Assembly: GCA_013239625.1 (NCBI GenBank)
Contig: MU053513.1
Location: 1,724,927 to 1,788,926 of the forward strand
Source: Lama guanicoe
Lineage: Eukaryota
Direction of reading: 5' to 3'
DNA length: 64,000 nt
Position numbers and translations under genes: made by a program. Numbering within the stretch: position 1 is the stretch's first letter; the number at the start of each line of letters is the position of its first letter. Under the pieces are notes generated by a model. The model was not told where the DNA came from. It saw only the letters and a program-made list of their open reading frames with translations, and did no database searches. Positions 1 to 14,335 of the stretch are shown piece after piece.

Positions 1-354
1 ATTCCGGCTGCAGGGCCTTTGCACAAGCTGTCCCCTCCGCATAAAATTCTCTTTCCCCTAACTCTTCACCTAACTTCAACATATGCTTTTGCTGTCCACT
101 TATGTGTTGCTTTCTCAGAGAAGCCTTCCTTTCACCCCAGTCTCTCTTGGTCCTCCCTGTGATAAATTCTCATTCCACCCATTTCCTCCCTACATTTATC
201 AATTTATAATTATACATTTATTCTTATGACTTAAAGAAGTGAGTAGAGGCTCTCTTAACTGATTTCTACTCGACAGTTTCACCAGATACAATATCTCCAT
301 TCTTCCTACTTAACTCTGAAAGTTACCCACAGCATGCAACGCCTACTTCTGTCC

Positions 355-1290
355 TCAATTCATCATTCATTCATTCAACAAATATTCATTTCTAGACACT
401 GAGTGCTATACAGCCATCACAAAACAAAAAGCCCTGCCACCATGAGACATACGTTTGAGTAGAAGAGGCCGGACAATAAGCAAATAAATGAACTAGCAGT
501 ACTTAGTGATCAGCAGTATAGATAAACCAGAGCAGAAAAAGTAGGAAATGCCGGAAATGGAGTGCGTGGCTGTTGTGCTTTCAGGTAGAATTTAAAGTCT
601 TATATGAGTAAAAGTCTTGAGGAAAGTGATGCAGTGAGCCATGGAAATATCTGGAGATGCATGCACATATGAGCTCTGGAAATTCCTGGGGCTGTGTGGG
701 AGAAGAGTGGTACAGGAGGAGGTACAAAGGCCCCAAGAAGGTCCCTGTCTGACATGTTCTAGGAAGCGCAGGCAAAGGGGAAAGGAATATGAAGTGGACT
801 GGGGCAGAAGGCTGACTGTGAGGAACCTTTTCACACATTGTAAGGACTTTGGCTTTTACTCTTGAATATGATGGATGGCCGCTGGTGGATTCTGAACAAA
901 GCAGGACATGATGTGACATATTTTTAACGTGTTCACTCTGGCTGTTGTGCTGCAAACGCACTAAATGAAGCAGGGAGACCAGTTAGGAGGCTTCCAAAAT
1001 AATCAGGATGACAGGTTATGGGAGTTTGGGCCAAGGTGATAGCTCTGAAGTAGTGAGAAATGCTTAGCACATTTTTTTTTATTAGTACACTTTTTTTTTA
1101 AAGTAGAACTGCTAGGATTCTGGTTACAGACTACATGTGAGATATGAGGAAAAGAAGTTCTTGGTCTGAGGAACTGGAAAATGGAGTTGTCATTCACTGG
1201 GATGAGAAAGTCTGGAGGGAGAAGGTTTGGGCAGGTGTGGTCAGGAGCTCCGTTTTAGACATACTAAATTTGAGAAGACTATGAGAAATC
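355..1290 (-). mobile_element. Ancient L2 fragment
   Basis: (cattcatt)n caacaaatatt L2 tail followed by degenerate L2-type sequence. Confidence 0.65.
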
Positions 1291-1794
1291 CACGAGTTGC
1301 CAATTTGTGCAAATATTCCTTGTGTATTTATCATGAATCAATTGTTCTCAAACTTGTATATCAGTTGTATGTTATTGAAATGACATAAACATTACAAAAA
1401 GGAAGAAATACAAAAGCAAAAATAGTTTTTAGAAAATCTACACTGAATGCTTTGAAGAATTGATAAAGGCAAATAGCTTATAAAAATTACCACTAAGCTA
1501 GGTGTAGGGAAGACAAATGTGAAAGAGTGGGTAGAAAATTATGAAACCCTACAGGGATTTGGCACTCATTGCTTTTCATATACATTTTTTCTCCTTCAAA
1601 AGTAAGGGAAATTGGAAATCTCAGATGACTGTTTAGAGGTATAGTTTATGCAAAAAAGATCTCAGAATAGGGAGTAGATCCAGACTCCAAGTAGACCTTT
1701 ACCCCACATCAAAAGATTGGCCAAAGAATGTGCATGAATTCATTTAAAATTAAAATGTCTATATTATCTATGTTCAATTTATTATGATTCCCTG

Positions 1795-2278
1795 CTGTGA
1801 TATCCAGCCACCAAGATGACCCCAAATGATCCCACCTCTTGGTATTTCTGCCCTTGCGTAATCTCCTCCCCATTGTGTCAAGGTTGGTCTGTGTGACTAA
1901 GAGAATATGGCACAAGTGATGGTATGTCCCTTTCAAGTCTAGGTTATAAAATATACTGTGTCTTTTGCCTTGATGTCTCTCAGACTGCTCACTTTGGGGG
2001 AAGCCAGCTGCCATGTTCTAAGTACGCAGGCAGCTCTGTTAGGAGGCCCACGTGGCAAGGACCTAAAGCCCCTGACAGAACCGTGTGAGTGAGCAAATCT
2101 TGGAAGCAAATCTTCCAGCCCGAGTCAAGCCTTTAGATGACTGCAGTCTCAGGAGAGACCCTAAGCCAGGACCCCCAGAGCCAGCCATTCCTAAATTCCC
2201 AATCCTCAGAAACTATCTGAGATGATGTGCATTGCTTCAAGCTGCTAAATTTGGGGATAGTTAGCAAAGATCACAAAT
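1795..2278 (+). mobile_element. MaLR (MLT1-like) solo LTR
   Basis: ccaagatgaccccaaatgatcccacctcttggtatt...cttcaagctgctaaatttgggg. Confidence 0.75.
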
Positions 2279-3239
2279 GCACCTGCTTTAACCTACTTTT
2301 TTTTTTTTCATTATCCATCTACCATATTAAGCACTCAGTCCTTTTTAAAGTCCCGGGGCTGATTCTCTGACAGAGGTTATTAAATAAAAGAATTAGCAAA
2401 GTTCTAGAAGTCTTACATTTCAAGTGCTTTCTAATGTCAAAGTTCTTTATATTCAAGTATTACGGTGTTTTTCAAGCAGCAAATTACAAAGGTTCTGAAA
2501 TGTCCTATATATAAGTATACTTTGTGAAAGGCTTTTGTGGCACACATAGGGGACAGTTAAAAGCAAATCGCTGAGGTGGTATTTGATGTACCAGTTGCCT
2601 TGCTGTGGCTTTTAAGTAAAGAATAAAAAAGCATCATAGAAGGAAGGTTTGCTTTTTTTTTTTTTTTTCCTGTACTGGAATTCAGTCCTTTCCTGCCCAA
2701 ATGATAAAGGTTACTTAAGGGTTTTCACCATTCAAAGGTAGGAAAAAAAAAAAACAAAAAAAGAACCTCAGCAGACAAAAGAGCCGTGCGGCCTGATCAA
2801 AGATGTCAGTAGCTTAAGGAGAGAGAGATTAAAGGAGAAGAAGTAGCAGGGTGAGGTATCACAGCATACAGGGCACAGGAAGAAACGCTCCATAAAAAAC
2901 AGAAGTCAAAGCAGCAAAAGAACTGTGAGAAAGACAGTGGATAAACCAAGTAAGTTCACAAAAATTTCCAGCAAAGCCCTACAAAGAGTGTAACAATAGG
3001 ACACTGAAATGCTTGCAGAGGAGTATTTTAAACACACATAAAAATTCAAAGAGATCTGTTTAAACTGCAAAATATTAAGTTCATGTAGCAGGGTCAAAGA
3101 GGATGGCAGATGACAAAGGAAACAGAAGATGAGACTGGGATGCAGGTCTGGTTACCCACTCCATCTCCAAGCCTGCATCCTTGCTGGGAAAAGATTTAAC
3201 TCATATTTGTGTGGTCTGCTTATTGAGTATTATATTTAA

Positions 3240-6200
3240 GTTTATGTTTAATAGTTTTAAAATATAATCAGGTACATTTATCTATACTGTGCATGTTTAA
3301 TTATTCGAAAATAAATCTCTTCAATGGAAGTCCCAAATCAAGAATTTTTATACGCAGGGAAGCCCTTCCCGCTATCTGGTGTCTTCATCCCTCTCTGTGG
3401 CTCAGTGCATCTGAGCCCTCGCCAGGAAGTGGTGGGCAAGGGGTATGTCTGAACAGGGACAGATGCACGTACGTCGGAACGATACATCTGTACTGTGTTC
3501 AACCAGAAGGCTTTCTGTGATTAATAAAAACACAAATATTTTGACTTTACTCATCACAAAACTGTTCTCTCTCGCAGTCAGTACAGAAAGAAAACATACA
3601 CTTTTACACTTGGTTTCCAGGCCTCTGCAGTTGTCTGTGTTCTCAGTGCAGATACATGTGGTCTTAAAGGAGACTGACAGCTCCCAGTGAGCAGGGTCTG
3701 ACGGGACAAGTGGGACCTTGTAAGCGTTGTATAAAACAGGCAATCCAGCAGCAAGATGCACCATCACTCTTTTATTTGGCAGCAGTAGACATACATCCGG
3801 GTCACAGCGCTCACTCTGGCTAACGAGCCAGCGCTCTTCTCTTCCGCCACTGTAGTGTTTCACTTTTACAGAACAAGTGCAGTCCTTACATTTAGGACAC
3901 AGACACATCTACTGATACCAGCCAGGTAAAGCTAATATGTGGTTGTCCTCAAACTAAGCAAAACAATAACATAACATAATCATTAGGAACAAAGAATGTA
4001 TGCCCTCATTTCAGTTAATCACAGATCAAATTCTTGAGTCTCACATACAGAGATATTTCTAAATTTGATTAATCCAAGCAAAAAAAAAAGATTTTAATTC
4101 AGCCTAATTCTTATCACTTTGAAATGTATATTCCAAATAATTTCCTAATATGCATTCACATTAAAATAAAAGCAAATTATGTTATGAACATAATTTAAAT
4201 TTTTTGATTATGAAAAGTCACAGAGAAGTATATTAAATGTTACTTTGGCATTCCTATCTCACAGGTTTAAAGGAATGATAAACAAAAGAATTCTTTTTAA
4301 TGCAAATAATCCCCCCTTAGGTAATCATTTAAATAGAACATCTAACATCTTAAGGCAAGAAAAAGCTTGTAAATATTTTTTATAAAGTCAGTTAATTCAG
4401 CAAATTAATAGAAACATAATAAATGGATGCAAATAAAAAATACTTCTTTATGAGAGAGAAAGTTCTTTGGAGCTGACTATAACAGTACGAAAAACTTGCC
4501 TTTTTTAAAAAAACCCATTTTGACACTTAATAAACATACCATAAAGCCTTCAAGAATCAATAACTAGGCTTTCAGTTTAACAAAAATGTAGAGAAACCAA
4601 AATAGAAAAAAAAAATCACCAAATATAAATCACCTGAACACTTATCTTTTTCCTTCCAGAAAATAGGAGGAAAAAAAGCCATTTTCTGAGGACTCATTCA
4701 AGGCTCTTATAATTTATACAGGGAAGCAGATGGTAGGACTCATGGTAACAGTGGCAATTTTCTGATAATACTACCATGAAAGTGCTAAACAGGATTTTAT
4801 CCTAAAAGGCCCTAGACTAGTTTACTTCTTTTTTATTTTTTAAAACATTGCTTTAGCTGTTAAACCCATTTCTAGGCAAACTGAAATTGGTCCATATGCC
4901 TTAAGTACTCTTCTGTGCTCAGAAACATTTTTCTCTTTCATTCTTTCTCTTTCGAGAAACATTTTTAAGAGAGGTTTCTTTAGAAAGGTCAAGTTTCTCC
5001 CCTTACAACAGAGAGGGATTTTTTTTCTGTACTTACTACCCTGAAAGTCTATTTGGTCACTCTTGTCTCTTGTCAAAGGCCACAAAGAAAGCATCTTACT
5101 AAAGCGCTGCTTCTGAACTGACCTGAAACTCAAGCACTGAATTCGACAAACCAATCTCTTAAATATGGGCAACTTTTTTTTCAAGGTGAAGTGTAAAGGA
5201 GGAAAAAAACACCTTTTGGAAGGTCATTCATCTTATCTGATGAAATTCCCCAGGTTATTTCATAGTAGCAGCATTATTAAATAGTGCAATTCTTCAAAAC
5301 AGACTTCAAACAGTATCTTCCTCAAATAAAAGAAGTAATTAAGTTTCCTTATAGGTTTGTTTATAAAACCACAGCCTAAAACATGAATTAAAACCATCAG
5401 CCCCCCCCAACCAGGAAAATTAACGTAAGCAATAACTATCTTGCTTACACAATAAAGGGACGGGTGTGCGTGCACGTGTGGGTATGTGTGTGAATCATTC
5501 AAGGCCAGTGGCACCTCAACAAGAAGCTAAAATACAGGAAAAATTAAGAATTCTGAACAGCCAATTGTTAAATTAAGAATATAGGTAAGAAAAGTCAAGG
5601 AGCTATATAGTCAAAAAATATTAGAGCAATGTTTCATATTGTTTAATGCTGTAACCTATACATTACAGAACACAGTACGTGCAAACAGCACAAGGATTCT
5701 GAACCTCCTATTTTGTAACTAATATTACATACATAAACTTAAAACCTTAAAAGATTATGCTTTTCCTCCACTTTTCATTTTCTATTCATTAATCAGAAAC
5801 TAGGCACTTTAATCTAAAAATACATTTTAAAAAAATATATTTTAGATCCTTCTTGGTAACTCACTCCTAAAATGAGTAAAGCCTACTTTAGGAGCAAAAT
5901 CAACAAATCCAATCCACTGATGATATACTGAGTCAGCCACTCTAAATAGTGGCATACGATTTAGACACAAAATTAATACAACTCTGAAAATATCTAATAT
6001 ACTCTGAAGAACCTTACTCATGTGAATACCTCATTATATACCTCATAGATACACATCTATGTATCCTGAAGGACAGGAAATACACTTCTATACCATTAAA
6101 AAATATTCTGTTCTATATTCAGGGCAGAAAAAACCTTCTTTAAGACCTCTGTAAGATTCAATGTATGAATATTTCTAAAATATGGGCATAATATGACAAA

Positions 6201-7112
6201 TTCCCAGTGTGCTAAGTTCTCTGTGGAAATAATTAAAAGCCAGTTTTGTAGAAAGAGAAAGAAGAAATGATTTTACTGTATCAAGATTCATACCTTCAGT
6301 GGTTGGGAGATAGTTTCAAAACTACAATAACTGCCTGTCATAGTTAATAAATGTTCTATTTTTAACCATTATTTATTGAAGGGAAATGCTCTCATGTATA
6401 CCAAGATAAAAGAAAAAGTCTTCAGTCTAACTTATAGGATCAACAGTAATATATTTTGGGAACTGCAGTAAATCTAATATAAACTTATAAACTTCTCAGT
6501 GGCAATTCATTTAAATGTTTTATAACGATACTCAGCCATTACGGTGTCTTTGATTCAAATACTCAAGCACATGCACAAGCAGGAACGTCAGCAGCACATG
6601 TTCAACGCCACTACTGCCTGACCGTGATTAAACAATGAATGACATCACAAGTAAAACTACATCTCCAGGCAAAGTTACGTTTGTTGACACTACACGCAAT
6701 ATATTCTTGCATGTGTGGGCCACAAAAGTCTTGGCTAAAGTATCTATCTTTACGGTATAAAGCACGAAAACAAAGCTTTTGAGAGTGAAACTGGACATTT
6801 CAGACAGCTTCAAGACGACAAATCCATTAATTCCCAAGTACTGGTTTCAATTCAAGCAATATTTCTGTAAAATATACAACATTTCACAACGATTATTACC
6901 TAAAGATTATAAAAAGACACTTTGGATACACTACACAGGGATTCAATGACAGAACTTCTGTGTAAGTACAGTACAGTCACTCATCCTTTACTAGATTTTT
7001 TTTTTTCCCTCCCTGAGTCCAGGTCGACCAATTCTGTGTCACATATGTAACAAATCAATAGTTACCTTGAGATATTTCATAGCACACTCAAATTGTCTGA
7101 CTTTTACGGTAC
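3240..7112 (-). other. MIGA1: Probable long MIGA1 3'UTR (distal end uncertain)
   Basis: AT-rich stretch with no recognisable repeats downstream of the stop; minus-strand AATAAA near 3771-3776 and ATTAAA near 3248-3253; the true cleavage site cannot be determined from sequence. Confidence 0.45.
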
Positions 7113-7331
7113 TTATTGTACTTTGGCTTCCAGCAGGCCACTGGACATAACATGACCATGAGTACTTAGACAACTACTCGTGTGCCTCAGGGCATCGGCT
7201 CCAAGGTAGGCCATTAGGAGTTCGGTGCGGCGGATCAGTAACTGCATGAGGTCTTCAGTCAAAGTCTCTATACTGGAATAGCGCACCTTCTCGAAATCAA
7301 AAATGTCTTTGAGGAAGAAAAGAACTTGATT
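7113..7331 (-). CDS. MIGA1: MIGA1 last coding exon (to TAA)
   Basis: 219 nt; NQVLFFLKDIFDFEKVRYSS...GLLEAKVQ*; acceptor ttccAG at 7332-7333. Confidence 0.95.
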   Translation of the reverse strand, partial: NQVLFFLKDIFDFEKVRYSSIETLTEDLMQLLIRRTELLMAYLGADALRHTSSCLSTHGHVMSSGLLEAKVQ

Positions 7332-9708
7332 CTGGAAAAGGAACACAAAAACAAATTGGCACTTATTAGATCAAAATTACATGAAATCTAAATAGTTACC
7401 AATACTGTAACAGACACTGAATTAGGAGTCAGAAGGCCTGCGTTCCATTGCTCATTTTATATCTCACTGGATAAGGAACCCTGAACAAGTTAAATCTTTT
7501 TGGGTCTCATTTTCTTTTTCTGCAAAATAAGGGATAACACTACTTGTCATTTTACTTCTCAGGGCTGATGTAACTGATGTAAAACCGATGTAACGATCAA
7601 AAAAAATTATCCCCCTCTCCAGTCTCACTCCACTGACTGCTGCAGCAAAGGAGGCAACCAAGAACAATCACTGAAACTACATCACCCCAGCCTCATTGTG
7701 CCAAGCCTTCTGTGAAATAAATGCTCATTTCGGAAATTCCAACCCCTGATGCCCTCTCTTCCTTGTTGTGCTCCTCCCATTTTCTGGTCTAGTGCTCTCA
7801 AGGCTTTGGTCTTTGAACACCATGTGTCCAGCATTGAAGAGAACTGCAATTGAATAATCAGAATATGGACATTTAAAAATAAGGAATTTGCTCCCAATTT
7901 GTGGATATAAGGATGATTTATAATTGAGCGTTTATATGAATAAACCCTTGAACTCTGATTTCTATATAGCAGAATCCCTCTCCCCAATCAATTCTTGACT
8001 ATGTAAATTTTTGGCTTTATAATATTATCAATTTGCAATCAGTTCAGATTTCTTCAGTGCTTGCTTTTTGGTTACAAAACTTCCAAACACCTTATTGCAC
8101 TGAAAATTGAAACATCTTGAGAAAAGCCATGGAGATTGATAATCTGCCAAGGATATGAAATGGCTCTTCTTCCTGGACCATGACTGTGGTACAACTGATC
8201 CTGATACAGGAGAGAGACCTACCACAATTTTCTTTGTGTGTGCTTCTTGCAGCTCTTTGGGAGGATCTTGACCCAATAGTGTTCCCTACGCTATTTCTTG
8301 TGAAATGGTCTTGGCTATGTAGCAGCTTTTGATTCCGTAAATCCCCTAGGCTGCTGCCCCCATTCTGTCCTTATTTAGAACATTAAAAAGTTTCCTAGGG
8401 CACATGCTAGGTGAGAGCAGCATGAGAAGTCAGGGAAGAAAATTTAGCTGCTTTTAAAATAAGGCTGGACACATCAGCACCTGTCCAGCTATACCTACAT
8501 GATGTTTCAAGAAATCAGCCTCTTTTTTCCATCTGGTATAAGGAGCTGGAAGACTAATTCAGATCTTCTGATGGCCTGAATCTTTGGGTCAAAGGGAAAG
8601 ATCTCCAAATCTGAGACTATGTGTTAATTTTAGATGGATTTGTCAGCCTGAGATGACACTCTGCCAGCTTTGAGGAGACCCTGTTTTTATGATGCATGGC
8701 CAAGCTCTCTGCAAATGGAAATGCTTGCACTAGGTGTTGGGGATGTTTGCTACCTCCTTCTATCTTTGTGGTTTTGGTCCTCCCACTGTGGTAAGACCCC
8801 TGGCCATCATTGTGGCTTGTCATGTCAGCCCAGTGTCCACCTGGTCATGCTCTGAGGTACCATTGCCTCTGCAGCACAAGTTTTATTTCCTTCAATAAAA
8901 GAAGTTGAAAATATTTTACTTGGAAAAAAAAAAAGCCTGTAAACACTGAAGCACTATGTAAATGTAAGGGGCTATTATTATTCTTTTCCCAGTAACTGAA
9001 GTTTTCAGTGTTTCCTCTGAGCACTAGTACTAGTTTGAGACAAAAGAGTAAATGATTTCCAAAAACTGCAACTTATAAATTTCAAATGTATATTTTTCTG
9101 TACCAAAAAAACCCCTTATGATACATGAAAAATAAAAATAATTTCAGGTTTCAACTCAGTAGAAGATTGTGAAGGAAATGTCATTCTGGTAACCTAATAC
9201 TTATGCTGAAACTCATTTTATGCAAGCTGTATACTACTAAGTATTAAGTCTCACGCCGCTATGCCGTGATGGAAAAACAAAAAGTAATTCCAAACAACAA
9301 GAAACAGGAATATTTCATTTGTATCCTACAGAAACCAATTGTCAAGAATCACTAAGAAGGCATACTTCACAGATTTCACTGGGTTTTATATCTGGAAGGG
9401 TACTGGCAATCATGCTGTCTAGTCCCCTCACTTTATAGATGAAGAAAAGGAGGACACAGCATGATTTGCCCGCAGTCAGACTGCTCAACAATGGTAGCCT
9501 TAATTCCCAGTCAAACTCTCCCACTAAACACACACCTTACGTTTGGGAGGTCAAGTAAATTTATCAAAAATTAGTGAGTTTTAAATGACAATAAAATAAA
9601 CATTTCCTAAAGTGCTACATTAACAGCACATAAACAAAACAATTTAATTTTTAAATGAAGGACATAGTGAAACATCCAAACTTGCAAACATCAAAAACTT
9701 CCAAATTC

Positions 9709-9829
9709 GGGGGGGAGGACATAGCTCAAGTGGTAGAGGGCATGCTTAGCGTGCACGAGGTCCTGAGTTCAATCCCCAGCACCTCCCTCTAATTAATAAA
9801 TAAATAAGTAAACCTAATTACCCCCCTGA
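9709..9829 (+). mobile_element. Vic-1-type tRNA-derived SINE
   Basis: A box TAGCTCAAGTGG, B box GAGTTCAATCC, AAAT tail; 16-bp TSD aaaaactt(c/t)caaattc at 9693-9708 and 9830-9845. Confidence 0.9.
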
Positions 9830-10410
9830 AAAAACTTTCAAATTCATCTTTGATTATGTTTACTTTTATTTGCTCCTTGAAACTCAGCCTAAACTCAAGA
9901 CTATTAAATACTGAGATTTTTCTTGGCAGCGTGCCAGGCAGAAACTTCTGCAGCATGCTATAATTTGTGTTTTGATAAACTTCAGCTGCTGACACTGAGA
10001 TTCAGTTTTAAACTCCCATGTTATTTCTCACAACTAGGATTTTATCATTCATATTACCTTGAACCAGAGCTTATTTCCAAATTGCCACATATGTGATAAA
10101 GACAGATATTATGTGTTTTATAAATTTCACAAGTGTCCAGGCATGATGAACTGTCTACAGCAGCTTGTGTTATTCTGTAACACATTTGAGAACACAGACC
10201 ACTGCAGAAGGAAGACACAAGGCGGGGGGACTTGTTCAATTTTCTCCAGGATAAAGAATCAAGTCGATAAAATACTGTTCTACTGGCATGGGTGACTTTT
10301 ATAACTTTACCTTTAAATAACATTCTTTTTTCTGCAAAAGCGAAAACAGAATAAAACCTTATCTATTTTTTCAATTTAGAAAAGAGAAATGATTAAATGA
10401 CTGAACATAC

Positions 10411-10527
10411 CTTAAAGAAGCAACATAAATCATAGAGAGAATTTCTAGGACCCAAAAAGCCCCAGGCTAGGACAGGGCTGATGTGCTCACAGATGGCATA
10501 AAAATGGGCAAAAAATCCATCCGGGAT
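10411..10527 (-). CDS. MIGA1: MIGA1 coding exon
   Basis: 117 nt; IPDGFFAHFYAICEHISPVLAWGFLGPRNSLYDLCCFFK. Confidence 0.95.
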
Positions 10528-11264
10528 CTGCTGGGACATAAAGGAGAATAGAGTTATTTTTATCTTCTTGCGTTTGCTTTCTTATTGATCATATGAACAG
10601 CTCCTTTTGAGGACAGACCAAGGGTTGATGATAAGCCAGCCTAATAAGAAAGTTAACAGACTTACAAGTAACTTTTAGAGTCACAGAATTCTTTGTGTAA
10701 ATTTCATATCCTAGCCAACACTTTCATGTACTGAAAACATTATTTCTTCAAGGCATTTTCAACTCATGAAATACTTCATAAAAAAGCAAGCACATAAGTG
10801 CTATAATCAAGCAATAACAAGAATGCTACAATGTTCCTTAGCAGTATAATTTTTAGGATTAATGAGACTACCATGGTTTCAGCTAGCTTAGTAGAATTTA
10901 AGAAATTCTACTCAATTACTTCATTAGATTATCTGAAAAAGACTAAAATGAATTTTAAATGATTAAGCACAAAAATACACTTGCTAGAATCCTAACTTTT
11001 AGTTAAGGAACCAGATGTTACTGAAGCATTTAATTATATAATTGCCCCTTCTTGTGAAAGAGTAATACATACAGTTATGATTTAGAAAACTCATAGCTTA
11101 TTAATAACTTTCTTAATTCCCCTTGTTAAATAGCATTCTGAGGGGCCTGTTGTATACTGTGTACTGGGGATAAGTGCGCCTTAAGATTCTGACTCTCGGA
11201 GGGGTTATTTTCTATTTTACAAGCTCCAAGACATCTTCTAAACCTCAATTAAAACATACATTAT

Positions 11265-11390
11265 GGGGGAGAGGGGATAGCTCAGGGGTAGAGCACATGC
11301 TTAGCATGCATGAGGTCCTGGGTTCAATCCCCAGTCTCTCCATTAAAAACAAATAAATAAAAACCTAATTATCTACCCCCCCGAAACAAA
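11265..11390 (+). mobile_element. Vic-1-type SINE
   Basis: gatagctcaggggtagagcacatgcttagcatgcatgaggtcctgggttcaatcccc plus tail. Confidence 0.88.
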
Positions 11391-11474
11391 ATGCCTACAA
11401 GTCTGTTCCTTAGCCCTAAACCACTTGTTCCCTAGTGTTTGTCCAACGTCAGAGTTTCTAATCATCATCTGAGG

Positions 11475-11815
11475 ATTTATTTATTTATTTTACTGAAGTA
11501 TAGCCAGTTTACAATGTTGTGTCAGTTTTCTGGTGTACAGTATAATGTTTCAATCATACATGTACATACACATACTCCTTTTCATATTCTTTTCCATTAT
11601 AAGTTACCACAAGATATTGAATACAGTTCCGTGTGCTATACAGCAGAAACTTTCGTTTATCTATTTTATATATAGTAATTAGTATCTGCAAATCCCAAAC
11701 TCCCAATTTATCCCTTCCCACCCTCTTCCCTTGGTAACCATAAGTTTCTCTTCTATGTCTGTGAGTGTGTTTCTGTTTTATAAGTAAGTTCATTTGTATC
11801 ATTTATTTAGATTCT
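11475..11815 (-). mobile_element. 5'-truncated L1 3'UTR
   Basis: Similar to the 3'UTR of the full-length L1 (tacaatgttgtgtca..., tatcccttcccaccc..ggtaacca). Confidence 0.8.
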
Positions 11816-12465
11816 TGGGGAGCTTGTTTAAAACACAGGGTCCTTGGAATCATTTTTTAATACAATTTTTAAAGGTTCCATTCCATTTACAGTTATTACA
11901 AATATTGGCTATATTCCCTGTGTTGTACAATCCATTTTTGTGTAACATCTTTTAAACAAGAATTATTCAAATATATGGCCTTCAGAATTGTATTTAACAA
12001 GCACCTTCTGCAGATGCTGTGAGGACTATGCTGGGGAAACACTGCACTGGGCAATACTATCTCGAAGTAATAAGGATAAGACTTAGAAATATGGATATGA
12101 TAACATACTATAGGTCAGTGGGCAAAAAATAATAACAACATTTGCATAATACACTATGCCAAGCACAGTCCTAAACATCTTATGTTTAATCCTCTAAAAA
12201 CCCCATGAGGCAGGTATTATGCTCTTTTTTAGAGATGAGGAAACTAAAGCATAGAGAGGTTAAGGAACTTGCCCAAGGGCATGGCTGGTACGTGGCATGT
12301 GAAATCAGACAGTCTCACTCCAGAGTCCATGCCCCTTACCATAGGAGTGCACGGTGAGAGCAGGGTGCAGTGGGTGAGATAGGCCGGAGGGTCTGGAGCC
12401 TGGGGGCAGGACACAAACTCTGAGATGTTTTTTGGTAGGTGCTTGCAGTTGAATAAAGCAGCTAA

Positions 12466-12566
12466 GGTGGGAGGGTATAGCTCAAATGGTAGAGCATATG
12501 CCTAGCATGAATGAGGTCCTGGGTTCAGTTCCCAGTACCTCCAGTAAAAAAAAAAAATCTAATAAT
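12466..12566 (+). mobile_element. Vic-1-type SINE
   Basis: tRNA-like head, A tail, TSD gaata(a/g)agcagcta. Confidence 0.85.
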
Positions 12567-12968
12567 GAATAGAGCAGCTATAAGAATCAAATCATCATTT
12601 TTCAGTTGGGTTACATGAAGTGGAATCCACTATATTAAACAATTTTTTAATCTTAAAATATCATTAAATTAAAAAAAAAAGAACACCTCTACTAGAGCTG
12701 GTTCCAACTGCAGCCCACTCCCTTGTAGCAGGGAGCAGCAGAGCTCCCATGCATGCTCAGTACCTGTTACACTGAACTCTATAAAATGTCAAGAAGAGGG
12801 AGAAGGACTTCAAAACCAAGAAGCCACGCCAGTTCCAAGCAGGTCACTCATCTAGCTCAAGGTCGTGTGCTTGTGGGCTGTGTCTCCACCTGAGAATGGA
12901 CTCGGATGTTTCTTTGACAGGAGCCTCAAATTACTCTACAAGGACGCCCAACACATAATGAATTTTAC

Positions 12969-13022
12969 CTTCATCTGTTGCCTTTTCTGTTTCAACACTG
13001 ACCAACAACTTGAAGCCACAGC
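12969..13022 (-). CDS. MIGA1: MIGA1 coding exon
   Basis: 54 nt; AVASSCWSVLKQKRQQMK; tttAG|GCT...AAG|GTAAA. Confidence 0.93.
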
Positions 13023-14335
13023 CTAAATGTATACAGAAGAGAAAAAGCAAGATTTAAATTTATTAACTATATAAACTTCCCATTTAGAAAACAGCGATTT
13101 TTATTAGAAAGTCAACATTTAAAGGTCTAAAATGTGTAAGACATTAACTACTAAAAAGAACTAGTCTATGTTCCTTCTGTTGTTTGTAAGCATTAATGAA
13201 AAGGTGTTTATAAATTTTAAAATTAAATACAAAGCCATTAGAAGAAAAAGGCTGAACTCTGGTGCCAAGAACTTGGTGATTATAGTTCAAACAGTATTTT
13301 TCTTCAGTAACAGTCCTGCTGGAAATAGTTGTGAGTAGACCCAATAGTTTCACTCAAATTAAGAAACACAACCATAATGACAGGGACAAAAACACCCAAG
13401 CAGATTCTGAAGAAACCTGACCCCACTCTAGCAGGACCCAACTTTGATCAGGTCACTTTCCCAAATCAGTTACAGAAATGGAGAACATGTATCTTTTATG
13501 GTTAAAACATACTTTGAGGGAGAAGTGGATTTATTAAAAATGCTTCAAAGTACAATAGCAGGAATTTCCAAAGTAACTGTGAAATAGCAGACTGGAACAT
13601 TTTTTAAACAGGCATTCAAACTTCATAATGAATCCCACCTACTCTGAGGTACACATTTCAGCCAAACAACAACAACAAAAGTTAGATTTGAACGTGAAAC
13701 ACAACAGAAGCTGAAAACATTCAAAATACAGAATATCGTTTACTCCTGTTTTATTTTCGCACATGCCCCTATTTTTTTCTGCCCTAATTTTTGGTAGTAT
13801 TTGGGAATAAGAATCTGTATTTTCCTCCAAAAATAAGTATCGTTCTTTTCATTGAAACTGCTATATTGCAGTGTAGTCACAGAGCCATTTCAGTTACAGA
13901 CAGTTTTTGGTTAGGCCTGAACTGGTACGAAGCCTGAGGGTTTTCTTCTGAAGAAATACTGGGTCCTTGGGGTGAAGGCAGGGACTGACAGAAGAGCCAA
14001 AAGGGAATTTTTTTTTTTACATTGTTTATTGATTCATAATCATTTTACAGTGTTGTGTCAAATTCCACTGTTCAGCATGTTCAGCACAATTTTTCAGTCA
14101 TTCATGGACATATACACACTCATTGTCACATTTTTTTCTCTGTGATTTATCATAACATTTTGTGTATATTTCCCTGTGCTATACAGTGTAATCTTGTTTA
14201 TCTATTCTACAATTTTGAAATCCCAGTCTATCCCTTCCCACCCTCTACCCCCCTGGTAACCACAAGTCTGTATTCTCTGTCCATGAGTCTATTTCTGTCC
14301 TGTATTTATGCTTTGTTTTTGTTTGTTTTTGTTTT

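Noticed and set aside
581..1197. Short ORFs at the window start
   Set aside because: Lie in a decayed L2 element.
3293..3908. Overlapping ORFs up to 168 aa
   Set aside because: Located in the presumed MIGA1 3'UTR; no recognisable protein similarity or splice structure.
9709..9790. tRNA-like sequences with A and B boxes
   Set aside because: They have AT-rich tails and TSDs and recur eight times: SINEs, not tRNA genes.
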